Positions 12,445-25,617 are shown, numbered from the stretch's first letter. The stretch: DNA of 64,000 bases from Octopus sinensis (GCF_006345805.1 NC_042999.1:155620001-155684000); one strand, 5' to 3'. Numbers and translations: made by a program. Notes: generated by a model from the sequence alone, not told the origin.

Positions 12445-12660
12445 TTGGAGTTATAGACACAGGTGGTCTCTTGGGGTTACACACAGGTGTTTTGGGGTTA
12501 AACACACAGGTGGTATCTCAGGGTTATAGACACAAGCAGTGTCTTGGGACTGTGCAAATGGGTGAATTGAGGTTAAGCATGCAGCTGGTGTCTTGGGAGG
12601 GTATCCACAGCTGATGTCTTGGGTATTGACAGGTGATATTTTGTGACTGTACACTCATCT
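12445..12660. repeat. Degenerate minisatellite (ACACAGGTG..TCTTGGGGTTA-like units)
   Basis: Repeated ACACAGGTG / TCTTGGG motifs at ~22-30 bp spacing. Confidence 0.6.
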
Positions 12661-13645
12661 TGAGATGGTACACCCTGGTGCTTAAGGCAAGACTAATACC
12701 TCAGGTTTCATATAGCAAAATCTCAGAAATTCACTAAAATGTGGATATTGTCCTTGTGTAGTTGGGCATTGTTGCAAAATTAACCATTTTCATTTCTTTT
12801 TTTGTGTTTTTCTCAAAATGATATTTCTGACTATGAATAGCAATCTTTAGGTCATGATATCTCCGAGAATAATTGGCTGAAATTTTGCATGTGTATTACT
12901 TTTATACTTGCTTAGATGCTGTTCTAGTGTGATTAGAACCACTTCATTTGTTCTTCTTTCAGAGACACTTAAATGCTACTACCCAGGGGTTAAAAACGCT
13001 TGAATTGCTGCATATGGCTACGAGCGACCCCACAACAAAATCTAGGCCAACTTCATCAATGTCTTTGATTCAGCATCTAGTCTGTACCCCAATCTGTTGG
13101 CATTCCAAGTTAGAGCATATTATCTTTGATAGTTTGGTAGAAAAATTGATCTAAAATAAACCTAGTTGGTCATTTTGAATTTATTATTAGGTCATGAATA
13201 GATAATGTGGAAATTTGAATATTATGTTTCTTCATAGAACTAACATTGTTCTTGATGTAGGCCATATTTGCTTTGCTTGGGTTTTATTCCCGCTGAGTGA
13301 GAGCATCTTCAATTTAGGTGTTTTCCTATGTCTGAGGTGTTAGTCTTGCCTTAAGGCTATATACTTGGGTAGTTGTCTCAGATGTGTACAACCAGCTCAC
13401 ATCTTGAGTATTATTTTAGGAATGAACAGTTAGCTCCTAAGGTGTGTACAGCTAATTCACAACTTAGAACACTTGGATGGTATCTCACTGCTGTACTTCA
13501 ACCAAATGTCACCATACACACAGAAAATTAAAACTTGTAACAAGTGAGGTGAGAGCTAAATTCTAAAATGATTTAAGAATTTGCAGTATTTGAATGTTAC
13601 CGTTATCAGTGATTCAAAGTCTCTTTGTATTTGTATTTCTGCCAG

Positions 13646-13735
13646 GTTGTATCTCCTCCAGTACAGACGACCCATACCTCTGATAAAGAAATTGAGGAAG
13701 TTGAGAATATGATGAATGGCATCTTACAGTCATGA
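13646..13735 (+). CDS. RBIS: RBIS coding exon 3: VVSPPVQTTHTSDKEIEEVENMMNGILQS*
   Basis: Acceptor TTTCTGCCAG|, phase 0, stop TGA at 13733-13735. Total 97 aa, close to the ~100 aa of the family. Confidence 0.82.
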   Translation, partial: VVSPPVQTTHTSDKEIEEVENMMNGILQS

Positions 13736-13929
13736 CAAAGTAAGGTTACCTTTGTTTTTTTATCTGTTCCATTTGACCTAAATTTTTCTCTGCCTTTCAA
13801 GTAGAGAATGTTCCAAATTTTAAATGAATTAATTATAATGGACATTATAGCATTCAATTCATGATAGAAAAAGAACTGTAACAGGCCCACTGTATCCGCA
13901 TCTGAGGAAATGCTCCAAATAAGTAAATA

Positions 13930-14765
13930 AGAGTGAAAGGCAGATTGTTTGATTCCTGTGTACAAATTGCTATGCTGCATGGTAGTGAAACATGTGCTGT
14001 GACCACCAAAGACATGCGTAGGCTTGAAAGAAATGAAGCCAGTATGCTTTGCTGGATATGCAATGTCAGTGTGCATGTTTGACAGAGTGTAAGCATCTTG
14101 AGAGAAAAGTTAGGCATAATAGGAATCAGATGTGGTGTGTAAGAGAGATGACTGCACTGGTATGGTCATGTGATGCATATGGATGAAGGCAGCTGTGTAA
14201 AGAAGTACTGATCTTTAACTGTGGAGGGAACCTGTGGTAGAGGTAGACCCAGGAAGACATGGGATGAGGTAGTGAAGCTTGATCTTCAAACGTAAAGCCT
14301 CACAGAGGCAATGACTAGTGACCGAGAGACATTTGGTGATGTACTGTGCTTGAGAGGACCCGTCAAGCCAAGTGCACCCATGCTGGTGGCATGAAAAGAG
14401 CATCTTTTGAATGTTGGGCTTCATGGAGGCAAAGTGGCTGAGTTCCTTTCAAGTGTTGGGCCTCATGGAGGCAATGATCAAGACCTTTGACATTGTCATG
14501 CTTGAGAAGACGACCCATCAAGCTGAGCAAAATTGCAGTTGTGGCAAATACTGGTGTCATGCAAATTGGCATCGTGCTGGTAGCACATAAAAACACCCCA
14601 GTGTCACACAACTGGCACCCTTGCTGGTGGCAAGTAAAAGCACTCATTACACTCTTGGAGTGGTTGGCATTAGGAAGGGCATCCAGTTGTAGAAATCATG
14701 CCAAATCAGACTGGAGTCTTGTGCAGTCTGCCAGCATGGACAATGGATGTTAAATGATGTTGATG
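13930..14765 (+). mobile_element. RTE LINE 3' end: ORF C-terminus, 3' UTR with internal tandem repeats, (GAT)n tail
   Basis: Translates as RVKGRLFDSCVQIAMLHGSETCAVT..DMRRLERNEASML..ILREKLG..LHWYGHVMHMDE..VEGTCGRGRPRKTWDEVV. Followed by the AGGAAGGGCATCCAG...GCCAGCATGG...GATGAT module that is found in many copies in the window. Confidence 0.88.
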
Positions 14766-15435
14766 ATAGTATTGCAAAGTAATAGTTTTGTTTGTTTCTT
14801 TTCCGAAGTGTGGAGAATTGGTGGAACTATATTACTGTAGGACAGTATTGTGTAAGGCTCAAGTATGGCTGTGTGGTTAAGAGGTTTGCTTCCCAAACAC
14901 ATGGTTTGGGGTTCAGTTCCACTGTGTGACTGCTTGGGCAAGTGTTTTCTACTCTGGTCTGAGGACATCCAATGCCATGTGAGTGAATTTGGTGGATGGA
15001 AACTGGAAGGTTGTATGTCGTAAGTTTGTGTGTCTCCTTTACTATCATCTGCTAATTTTAAACAAATTCACTGTTCATATCAGTTGTGACTTGTTTGCAG
15101 TCGTCTGTGAAAATATGTTAGATTGCTTGGAAAGAGGTGAGGGTTTGCAACAGGAAGAATGTCCAGCTATAGAAAATCTGCCTTAACGAATCCTGTCTAA
15201 CCCAAGCAAGCATGGAAAAGTGGACATTAATAAAAATGAGATGTCTTTTATTAAGTAGATGGTCAGTAATGGAAGGGCATACTTACCCACTGGTACATAG
15301 CAGGATAATGGACAAGGTCATTAGAACTTAAAGAGAGAGAGAGATCTAACTCAATATTGCTGTGTATTGTCTTGTTTTCTATTGTTTCTGCCAATTTCAT
15401 TTCTCTGCTTTGAAATATTGTAGTCCATATTTTAA

Positions 15436-16302
15436 CTCCTTTCTTACCATATTTCTGTTGAAATCCACTGCCTCAGTTGCGGTTAAGTTTGAAAATGATA
15501 AAGAATTTAGTAAAAATAACTTTCATTATTAAACTGGTGTTTAGAACATAAATTGATGTGGAATTTTGGAAAAAGGTTTTAATTTAGATCACTTCAACTT
15601 TTTGTTGCCATATTTCTGTTAAAACATGCCTTTGTTTCAAATAATTTTCAAAATAATGGAGTTCATCATTTAATCGTTTAACGTCTGCTTTCCATGCTAG
15701 CATGGATTGGACGATTTTGACTGAGGGCTGGTGAACCAGATGGCTGCACCAGGCTCCGATCTTGATCTGGCAGAGTTTCTACAGCTGGATGCCCTTCCTA
15801 ATGCCAACCACTCTGAGAGTGTAGTGGGTGCTTTTTACGTGCCACTGGCACAGGGGCCAGTCAGGCGGTACTGGCAATACCTCGCTCAAATCTTTTTTTA
15901 CAGGTGCCAGTGAAGCGACATTGGTAGCGATCACGCTTGAATGGTGCCCTTTTACGTGCCACCAGCACAGAAGCCAGTTGGCTGCTCTGGCAATGATCAT
16001 GCTCGGATAGTGCTCTTGGCACCCTACTAACACAGGCATAAGTGCCAGTAAGGCGACGCTGGTAACGATCATACTCGAATAGCCGCTCTGTCAACGATCA
16101 CACTCGTATGGTGCTCTTTGCACCCCGCTAGCACGGATGCCAGTCATCGAGTGTTTATTAAATTAACTTTGTAAATTGTTTGATGTTTGGAACATAAGTT
16201 AACTTAAAATTTTGATGAAAAATTTCAACTTCAGTCATTTTAAAAACTGCAAGTTTATATCATAAAGCCATAGTAGTCTCAAGTGGGTTGGTATGAAAAG
16301 GG
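15436..16302. mobile_element. piggyBac MITE family 1 copy or copies interrupted by an RTE 3' end (15661-16150, minus)
   Basis: TTAA-CTCCTTTCTTACCATATTTCTG at the left and GAAAAGGG-TTAA at the right. The MITE interior resumes after the RTE-derived block. Confidence 0.7.
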
Positions 16303-16837
16303 TTAAACGATAGCCCTTTATTCTTTTCATATCTCTTAAGAAAATATTAAAAAATGATATGTCTTCTTCAACATAGAAACATCAGATAGTTTCCTTTTTG
16401 AAAGATTGAGGAAAACAATTTAAAACAATATTTCATATTTTCTGCAGTTTTCGGTTTTATTTTTACTGTGAAAAGTATTGTACGAAATATCACCACACCC
16501 TACTTAAATAAAGTCACATTTGCTGTTCTTCTGTTCTCTTGGTGATGCCACAAATTATTCCTTTATCAATTCTGTTCTATTTTGACTTCACAGCAATTCT
16601 TATTTAAGCATTTGGTCCAACATCTGTTGTGTACATTGTCTGTAAATGCAAGTTTTATATAAATATATGACACACAAGGGAATTATGACAACTATCTGAG
16701 TTTAGTTATTATCAGTATGATGTTAGCCAGCTCTGGCTAACATAAGTAATAAAATGGAGGTGTGTGTGTGTGTGTGAGTACACTGTAAAATGAAGTACAA
16801 TTTGTGGTTTTAAAAAAATGGACCTTAGATCAAAAAT

Positions 16838-17215
16838 AAGATTGAGATTTTAAGTCAGGGACTTTGGGGCCATAGAAATGTTTAAGCTCTTAAGGGTTTT
16901 AAGATATCAGAAGTGTTATGTGAGGGCTTTTGATTTCATACACAGGATTGAGGTTTTGAATGTGGGCCTTTGAAATAACTGATTGGATGGAAGTTTTAAC
17001 TGAAGGGCCTTGAGGCCACAGAGAGGATTGTGGTTGTGAATGAGAGGCTTTATGACTATAAAAGGAATCGGGGTTGTAAATGAGAGCCTTTGAGACAACT
17101 GAAATGATTGAGATTTTAAGAGAAGATTGAGGTTTTAAGAGAAGATTGAGGTTTTATGTGAGGGCTTTTGAGATAATAAAGAGGAATATTAATATTTTAA
17201 GCGAGATCTGAGAGA
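16838..17215. repeat. Degenerate minisatellite (GATTGAGGTTTTAAG and TGAGGGCTTTTGA motifs)
   Basis: A 19-bp unit GAAGATTGAGGTTTTA(AGA) is tandemly repeated near 17122-17156, with dispersed related motifs around it. Confidence 0.6.
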
Positions 17216-17679
17216 CTAAACTTTATCTTTTATTTATTTCCAATCTAGTTTGTACTATATCATCACTAACCTTCCAATTAATACAAACGACATTAGTTCA
17301 ACTAAAATCCTTCAAAGTAGTGTCTCAGCATGGCTGCAGTTCAATGACTGAAACATGTACATGGTACAGTTTATATTATGTATATATGTGTGTGTGTGTG
17401 TGTACCCATACCAGCATGGAAGGTGGATGTTAAGCAACAATATTGATGCTTATACACACACACACACACACACACATATATACCTGCAGTAGGCCTCTTT
17501 CAATTTGATCATCATCATCATTGAGCATCTGTCTTCCATAAATCCACTCACCAGGCCTTGGTTGGCCTGGGGCTGTAGTAAAAGACATTTGCTCAAGGTG
17601 CTGTATAATGGAACTGAACCTGAAGCTACATGGCTGGGAAGCAAACTTGACCATACAGCCATGGCTAGTTGTTGCTGAT

Positions 17680-18455
17680 GTCAGTGTCATGTAACTGGTC
17701 CATTAAAAGTGCCCTTCAAGCGTTGGGCAATATGTTGTGCTTGTGAAAACCTGACAAGCTGAGTGAAATCATAGTCATGGATGATGCCAGTGCCATCTGA
17801 CAGACACCTGTGCTGGTGGCACTTAAAAAGTACCATTTGCGTGCTGGGCCTCATGGAGGCAATGACAGGTGACCAAGGACTTTGGCAATATATCATACTT
17901 GTGTAGCCTGTCAAGCCAAGTAAGACCGTAGTCATGGCCAAAGCTGGTGTCAAGTCAATGGCACCTGTGCCAGTGGCACGTAAAAACACTACAACACTCT
18001 CAGAGTGGTTGGCGTTAGGAAGGGCATCTAGTAGTAGAAACCTTGCCAGATCAGATCTAGACCTGGTGCAGCTCCCTGGTTTACTAGTTTTCAGTCAAAC
18101 CGTCCAACCCATGCCAGCATGTGTTAAACGAAGATGATGATATGTATAAGACTGTTGTTGAGGTATAAAAACTAACTACATCTCCTTTAGAATACATTTT
18201 AACTCTTTAGCATTCAGATGGGCACGTAAAGAGCACCATCCGAATCGTGGCCGAAGCCAGTGCCGCCTCGACTGGCACGTAAAAAGCACCCACTACACTC
18301 ACGGAGTGGTTGGTGTTAGGAAGGGCATCCAGCTGTAGAAACATTGCCAGATAAGACTGGAGCCTGGTGCAGCCTTCTGGCTTCCCAGATCCCCGGTCGA
18401 ACCGTCCAACCCATGCTAGCATGGAGAACGGACGTTAAACGATGATGATGATGAT
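17680..18455 (+). mobile_element. Two tandem RTE 3'-end copies (17680-18142, 18219-18453)
   Basis: Each ends in AGGAAGGGCATC...CAACCCATGC..GCATG..AACG..GATGAT. Other copies at ~2818-3003(-), 4000-4180, 6520-6670, 7990-8395, 9535-9705, 11110-11418, 18540-18720, 20722-20875, 20950-21250, 24890-25100(-), 26560-27070(-), 32725-32870(-), 33260-33420, 34690-35055, 35895-36078(-), 36860-37080(-), 43015-43160, 44615-44790(-), 46280-46450(-) and 50520-50805. Confidence 0.8.
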
Positions 18456-19771
18456 TACTCTCTCAATTGTAATACTTATATTATTTTGAATTAATCATGA
18501 ATTATTGTGTAGCATCAAGGTTTTGATGATTTGTTTGTTTTGTGCCATGCAAAAAGTACTGGTAATGGTGCCACATAAAGAGCCCCCAGTACACTCTGTA
18601 AAGTGGTTGGCATTAGGAAGGGCATCCGGCTGTACAAACCATGCCGAAACAGACTATGAAATCTGATGGGGCTCCTGGCCTTGCCAGCTCCTGTTGAACC
18701 ATCCAACCCATACCACCATAATGGGATAGGAGAACATAACACAGGTTGTCTAATTGAGCTGGAAGGGTCAGTTGAAATGCTAAAGGGTTCATCAAGAGAA
18801 AGTTGTTTAGTATTCACCACACACAAATACATAGAGAGCAAACAAGGTAACAATCTCTTTTGACCTCGTTTTGTTTAGTTTTAAGGGGTTAACAATATTT
18901 GTGTGGAGTGCCCAACCTGGATTGTCATCATAATCTGTAAAATACACAACCTGTGTAAGCAAAGTTAATTGCTATAAATGTCCGACTTCATCCCAACTTA
19001 TTCTCATTGGTACCAGGTCGAGAATTTGGAATTACCAAACTGTTTTTAGAATAAATAATTAAACAAATGACATGTGCACACATAAACACCTTTTTACACT
19101 TTAAATAAACATTTGGTCTCTTGTTGGGTTTGCTTTCTTTCTTTCCTTCCTTGCTTTCTTGCTACAGTCCATGGTGTTTTGTATATATTTTTTGGTACAT
19201 AATGCTGAATGTTATTTTGTTTTACTTACTGAATGAATATGTGTGCTTGCATGCATCTGTGAGCGCCTGTATGGGTGTGTATGTTGAGTTTAGAAACAGA
19301 CGGAAAAGCACTCAATACAAAAGTAAAGTATAGCTATTTATTGTGGTGTTAATCCTGATTATGTTCCTCCACTTGCTGTCTCTCACTATATGTGTGTGTG
19401 TATGTATGTATATGCACACACACACACATGCACATAATGATAGCTTTGAAGTCACTGTCAGTAACATTCTTTGGTTAAGAATAAATTTGTACTCTACAAA
19501 AGTATAGGGCAACTGCTCAGATTAATGTGAAATTGTTTTTATAACTAAGCATAAAAACAAATAGTCACACACACACAAATATTTATAGATACATAGAAAC
19601 ACACCAGTCACACCAGTGGTAGCATTCCAGCATGGTCCACACTCTTTTACTGATCAAGTAAAAGTAGTACACACACACACGTGTTGAATTGCAAGCTATG
19701 GTAAGATGCTGTGCTGGAGGAGACATCCTTGCAGTCAATGCGGGCAGAGAAAAACAGATGTGAAAATGGTT

Positions 19772-19813
<42 letters not shown>

Positions 19814-20192
19814 CTTTCTACTTCTTTGAGTCATTACATTGTGGTCATGCTGGGGCACCACCATGTCATTTTAGTCAAGTAAATCGTCCCCAATAATAAT
19901 TTTTTTTTTAAGCCTGCTACTTATTCTATCATTCTCTTTTGCTGCACTACTCAGTTACTGCAACACTGCTTGTTAAAGAGTAGTAGGGAATAAGCAAACA
20001 AAAACGTGTGTGTGTGTGTAGAAATATGTATAATATTTATATACAAACCAGAAGGCTTTGTAAGTTAGGGAGATAAAGCGACTATAGAATTCTATTGTTT
20101 ATATATAAATGTTGCTTTAAATCGGAGTATATATATTATTATGATATATTATTATATAGTTATTATTGTATTTTATATATATATATATATAT

Positions 20193-20562
20193 AGGCATTG
20201 GAGTGGCTGTGTGGTAAGTAGCTTGCTTACCAACCACATGGTTCTGGGTTCATTCCCACTGCGTAACACCTTGGGCAAGTGTCTTCTCCTATAGGCTCGG
20301 GCCGACCAAACCCATGTGAGTGGATTCGGTGGACAGAAACTGAAAGAAGCCCGTCGTGTGTGTGTGTTTGTGTGTCTGTCCCCCAACATCGCTTGACAAC
20401 CAATGCTGGTGTGTTTATGTCCCCGTAACTTAGCGGTTTGGTGAAAAAGATAGATAGAATAAGTACTAGGCTTACAAAGAATAAGTCCTGGGGTCGATTT
20501 GCTTGACTAAAGGCGGTGCTCCAGCATGGCCACAGTCAAATGGCTGAAATGAGTAAAAGAGA
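20193..20562 (+). mobile_element. SINE family A, full length
   Basis: Colinear with 1007-1457. Confidence 0.85.
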
Positions 20563-21578
20563 GTTGAAATTTACAGGAAAACAAAAGAAGATAGATATAT
20601 AAACAACAAGCAGGTGTATTAGTTTGACGCTCAAGAAAATGAGAAAGTCTTATGTTTTGAGTCTACACTCTTCAATAGAAAGGAACAGAAGGAAATAAAC
20701 AGAGAGAAAATAATTATATATCGGAGTGGTTGGCATTAGGAAGGGCATCCAGCTGTAGAAACACTGCCAGATCTGACTGACCTGGTGCAGCCTTCGGGCT
20801 TGCCAGACCCCAGTTGAACCGTCCAACCCATGCTAGCATGGAAAGCGGATGTTAAACGATGATGATGATGATGATATATATATATATAAATCAAGATCAC
20901 AATCAGGATCTCAATCAAATCAAAATGAAAAACGGAAATTGTAGTTGTGGCAATAAGCACCATTCATGCGTGGGTTGTTGCCAGTGCTGCCTGACTGGCT
21001 CCCCGTGCCAGTGGTATGTAAAAAGCACCATCCGAACGTGGCCGATGCCAGTGCGGTCTGACTGGCTCCCATGCCAATGTCACGTAAAATGCACTCACTA
21101 CACTCTGAGTGTTTGGCATTAGGAAGGGCATCCAGCTGTAGAAACCTTGCCAGATCCGATTGGAGCCTGGTGCAGCCTACTGGCTTGCCACTCCTCAGTC
21201 AAACTGTCCAACCCATGCCAGCATGGAAAGCGGACATTAAATGATGATATGTATATGTGCACATATGACAAACTTCTTTCAGTTTTCCATCTGCCAAATG
21301 CACTCACAAGGCTTTCTGGGCAGCCCAAGGTTCCATGTAGTGGAACTGAACCCAAAACCATGTGGTTGGGAAGCAAGTCTTTTACCACACAGCCACACTT
21401 GCACCTATAAAAATGTATATACATATACATGTGTGCACACACATACATAAATAGATCTGTGTGTGTGTATGTGTAAACCCCATGTTCTGAACTCCCTACT
21501 AAAAAATCACTGTAAAGGGTTCCAAAATATAAAAAAAAGGGTTAGGTAGGTGTTTTGATAAATTGTATTTGAATGAAA

Positions 21579-21981
21579 GAATCTTTTCGGTTTGAACGGC
21601 AGTTTTTTAAAATAATTTCCACGTAACTAAACACTTTTAAACTTCGTATACTGGTAGAATGTGTTTATAAAACATCTTTTTCTTTTGGCTTTGAGAAAAT
21701 TTTATAGTTTGTAATATATTTGTTGTTTTTTTCTTCAATTTCTGCAATTTCAACCAATCAATGACGTCTATTGAGGTGAAAACATTGTGCCGTATGAATA
21801 TGTCCCTCGTTTAAGAAACAGATTGGGTTTATTTACATTTCTGAAGAAAAAAAGATACCCTCTAACCAACTCTAACCCTAAAACAGATTGAAATGCAATA
21901 GATCGATACTAGGGTCATAATTATGGGTGACAATTTCATATGACACCGCTAGAAAAAACTGCCGTTCAAACCGCAAAGATC
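21579..21981. mobile_element. Mutator-like MITE with a 9-bp TSD
   Basis: 28-bp TIRs with 1 mismatch (21581-21608 and 21953-21980), flanked by the direct repeat TGAATGAAA (21570-21578, 21982-21990). A diverged relative of the interior lies at ~9110-9330. Confidence 0.7.
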
Positions 21982-23350
21982 TGAATGAAATGAAAAGTGA
22001 CTGGACAAACTCTTTAATGGTCTCTATAAAACTCCACATACAAAAACATCAAGGATATTTATCAGAGCCAAACATGAAAGGAAATGGGCTTGTCCCATTA
22101 AGCTTGCAGGGGTGTCTTAGTGTGAAGGGAGTGGATAGGATTTGTTCAAGCCAAGTGAATAATAGTTTAGCTGAACTGTAACACTTTTACATTTTGTGCA
22201 GTGAGGGGGAAAAAAATTTTGCTGGGTTAAGGTAGACGTGGACGGGAGGGTGGCTGGGTAATTGGTAGGGAGTCAGCGATGCCGAAAAGGGAGTTGGTAG
22301 TTATGTAGTGTGGATGAATGTGTTTAAAGGAATGTAAAGTAGGGGCTATTGAGATGCGGAAGAAGTCCTTAGGAAGAAATGTGTGTAATTCGAGGATGGT
22401 AACTGTTGTGATTGCTACACATTCAACAGCTGGAATAATTCAATGTGCTGAATAATGTTACAGCTGTTTGTTGTTGTTGTTGTTTTAGAGATTTGTTTCC
22501 CCCTATTACAAAATAATTTTACTCTTGCTACGGTTTAATTGCTATTAATTGCAATGATAAAAGGAAAAATATCTTTAAAGAAAACCTGATACTGTATCGG
22601 TGTGTCAGTGCATAAAGACCCTATTGTGTCCAGCACATTTGTCAGTGTTAGCAAAGAAAGCTAGCTGAACAAGAACCACCTGTTAGGGAGGAGAATGAGC
22701 TGTGGGTCTGAAAAAAGTCCCCAGTAAGGTTGCTTCATTTGTTTATCTTCTATTCTTTTGGGTGTTTCAGTCATTAGACTGAGGCCATGCTGACTCAGTG
22801 CCTTGAAAAGTTTCAGTCAAACAAATCGACCCTAGGAATTATTTGTTTTTTAAAGCCTGGTACTTATTCTGTTGATCTCTTTTGCCAAACTGCTAAGTTA
22901 TGGAGATGTAAACACACCAACACTGGTTGTCAACCAGTGATGAGGGACAAACACAAAGACACACACACAAATATACAGGATGGGCTTCTTTGAGTTTCTG
23001 TCTACCAAATCCATTTCCAAGGTTTTGGTTGACCCAAGGCTATCGTTGAAGACATTTACTCAAGGTACCACACTGTCAGACTGAACCCAGAACTGGTTAT
23101 TTATCTTGTGTAGAGTGGGAAACCCTCAACAGATTAAGATTAATAAGTAGGAATAGATGGATCAGGAGTCAAGAGTTGAGAAGCATAATACAGAAGCAAG
23201 ATGAGATGTTGATCCATTACAAACCTTTCTAACCCATGTCTATGATGGCACCTCTGTGATCATTTGATTGTATTAGAAAGAGGGCGCTAAATTGCCTTCA
23301 AACCTTATTGTTTAGAAAAGGCACATTGGATAATGGGGTCTTAGATACAC

Positions 23351-23541
23351 TTTTTTTTTTTTACTTGTTTCAGTCATTTGACTGCGGCCATGCTGGAGCA
23401 CCGCCTTTAGTCGAGCAAATCGACCCCGGGACTTATTCTTTGTAAGCCCAGTACTTATTCTATCGGTCTCTTTTGCCGAACCGCTAAGTGACGGGGACGT
23501 AAACACACCAGCATCGGTTGTCAAGCAATGCTAGGGGACAA

Positions 23542-23586
<45 letters not shown>

Positions 23587-23741
23587 CACGACAGGCTTTC
23601 AGTTTCCGTCTACCAAATCCACTCACAAGGTTTTGGTCAGCCCGGGGCTATAGCAGAAGACACTTACCCAGGGTGCCACGCAGTGGGACTGAACCTGGAA
23701 CCATGTGGTTGGTTAGCAAGCTACTTACCACACAGCCACTC
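23351..23741 (-). mobile_element. SINE family A, full length and CpG-rich (young)
   Basis: Reverse complement of the family A consensus, with many CpGs retained. Confidence 0.85.
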
Positions 23742-24651
23742 TGTCTGGGAAAAAATTAAACAGGAAAGTCTTTCATGGAATATAATTGATTACAGCATGA
23801 TCAAAAATGACCTGGGGCTAAATAATCTATACAACATATCTTAGCAACCAACACTAGTAATGATGATGATCAAAGACAGTCCAGCCATGACCATGCCATC
23901 TATTTTTTCAACTAGAACATTTAAGACTCCATTTATGTAATGTGTTGACCATCCAAAATAGTACATCATCATCATCATCGTCTGTTTTCCATGGTGATGG
24001 TGATGAGTCTAGGGGTGATGGAGGAAGGATTAAAGTTGTGAAATTATATAATAATCAACAGAGTTTATATAATTACATGCATAATTTAAAGGGGAACTGA
24101 CATGTGACTTCTGTAAGGCAACGTCAACAAATGTAATTAGCTCACTCCGTTTTAAAAAAGAAATATAATTTAACACTTGCTTCTAATAGGGGCCACATTG
24201 TCTCCTTCTTTTCAAGCTTTAAACTAAATTGGGGACAGAAAATAAAAAACGAACAAAAGACGATTAGGTTTTTTTGACTAAAACTGATAATTTCTGATAA
24301 ACAGTTTCTAATTGGTTGTCTGCTTTTTGTGGACATTTTGAGTGGTGAGAGAGAGAGAGGTTAATAGCTCTTGTGTTCAGTGTTAAATCTTTGTTCTAGG
24401 AGAGGCAGTTGTTCTGTTGTGTGTGTGTGTGGGGTGTGTTGTGCCTGTGTAGTGTATTGTTTGCTAATATCTGATAACAGGCGTAAGCAAGGCTGTTGTG
24501 GTTAAGAAACTTGCTTCCAAACCATGTAGTCTTGGGTTCAGTCTCACTGTGGAATCTCGGGCAAGTGTTTTCTACTTTCTATTCTAGGGTTGATCAAAAC
24601 CTTGTGAGTGGATTTTGTAGTTGGAAACTGGAAGAAGCCTGTAATGTATCT

Positions 24652-24866
24652 ATTTCTTTACTACCCACAAGGGGCTAAACACAGAGAGGACAAACAAACG
24701 GATTAAGTCGATTATATCGACCCCAGTGCGTAACTGGTACTTATTTAATCGACCCCGAAAGGATGAAAGGCAAAGTCGACCTCGGCGGAATTTGAACTCA
24801 TAACGTAGCGGCAGACGAAATACGGCTGCGCATTTCGCCCGACATGCTAACGTCTCTGCCAGCTCG
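24652..24866 (-). mobile_element. SINE family B with a 14-bp TSD, immediately after a family A 5' half
   Basis: GCGAGCTGGCAGA...GTCGACTTTGCCTTTCATCC...TAAAGAAATA, flanked by the direct repeat CCTGTAATGTATCT (24638-24651, 24867-24880). Confidence 0.85.
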
Positions 24867-25617
24867 CCTGTAATGTATCTGTGAGTGATCGTTATCGTTT
24901 AACATCCATTGTCCATGCTGGCGTGGGTTCAATGGTTTGACCATGGCTTGCAAGCTGGAAGGCTGCACAAAAACTCCAATCTGTTTTAACTTGGTTTCTA
25001 CGGCTGGAGGCCCTTCCTAACACCAACCACTCTGAGAGTGTAATGGGTGCTTTTACATGCCACTGGCACATGTGCCATTTATGTGACACCAATATCTGCC
25101 ATGACTGTGATTTTACTTGTCTTGTGTAGTACAAATATTTCAGCTCTGTGGTTGAGAAGCTTGTTCAGTGTTACCCTGTGGCATCTTGGGGAAAGTGTCA
25201 TCTTCTATAGCCACAGGTCCACCAATGGATTTGGCAGGTGGAAACATGAAAATACCAGCTGTATATATCATCATCATCATAGTATAAACATCCACTTTTT
25301 GAAAGTTGAAAGCATCAGAGTTTATTAAGGCAAATTTTTCTACAGCTGGATGCCCTTTATGTTGCCAATCCTTATCTATTTCCAAGCAAGGGAATATTTC
25401 CCCATGGCTAGATATGTTTATGAAGAACATGGAAAATGAATGACACTTTAACAGCGCTTACATGATGCCAAGACAAGGAGACACACATGCATGATAAGCT
25501 TCTTTCAGTTTCCATTGACCTACTCCACTCACGAGGCTTTGGTCAGCTTGGGACTATAGTTGAAGACACTTGCCAAAGGTGCCATGCAGTGGGACTGAAC
25601 TTGAAACCATATCATGG

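Noticed and set aside
15840-16150. Regularly spaced ~60-70-bp repeats suggesting a CRISPR-like array
   Set aside because: The context is eukaryotic, the spacers are themselves homologous, no cas genes are present, and the array is part of the RTE 3' UTR seen in many copies.
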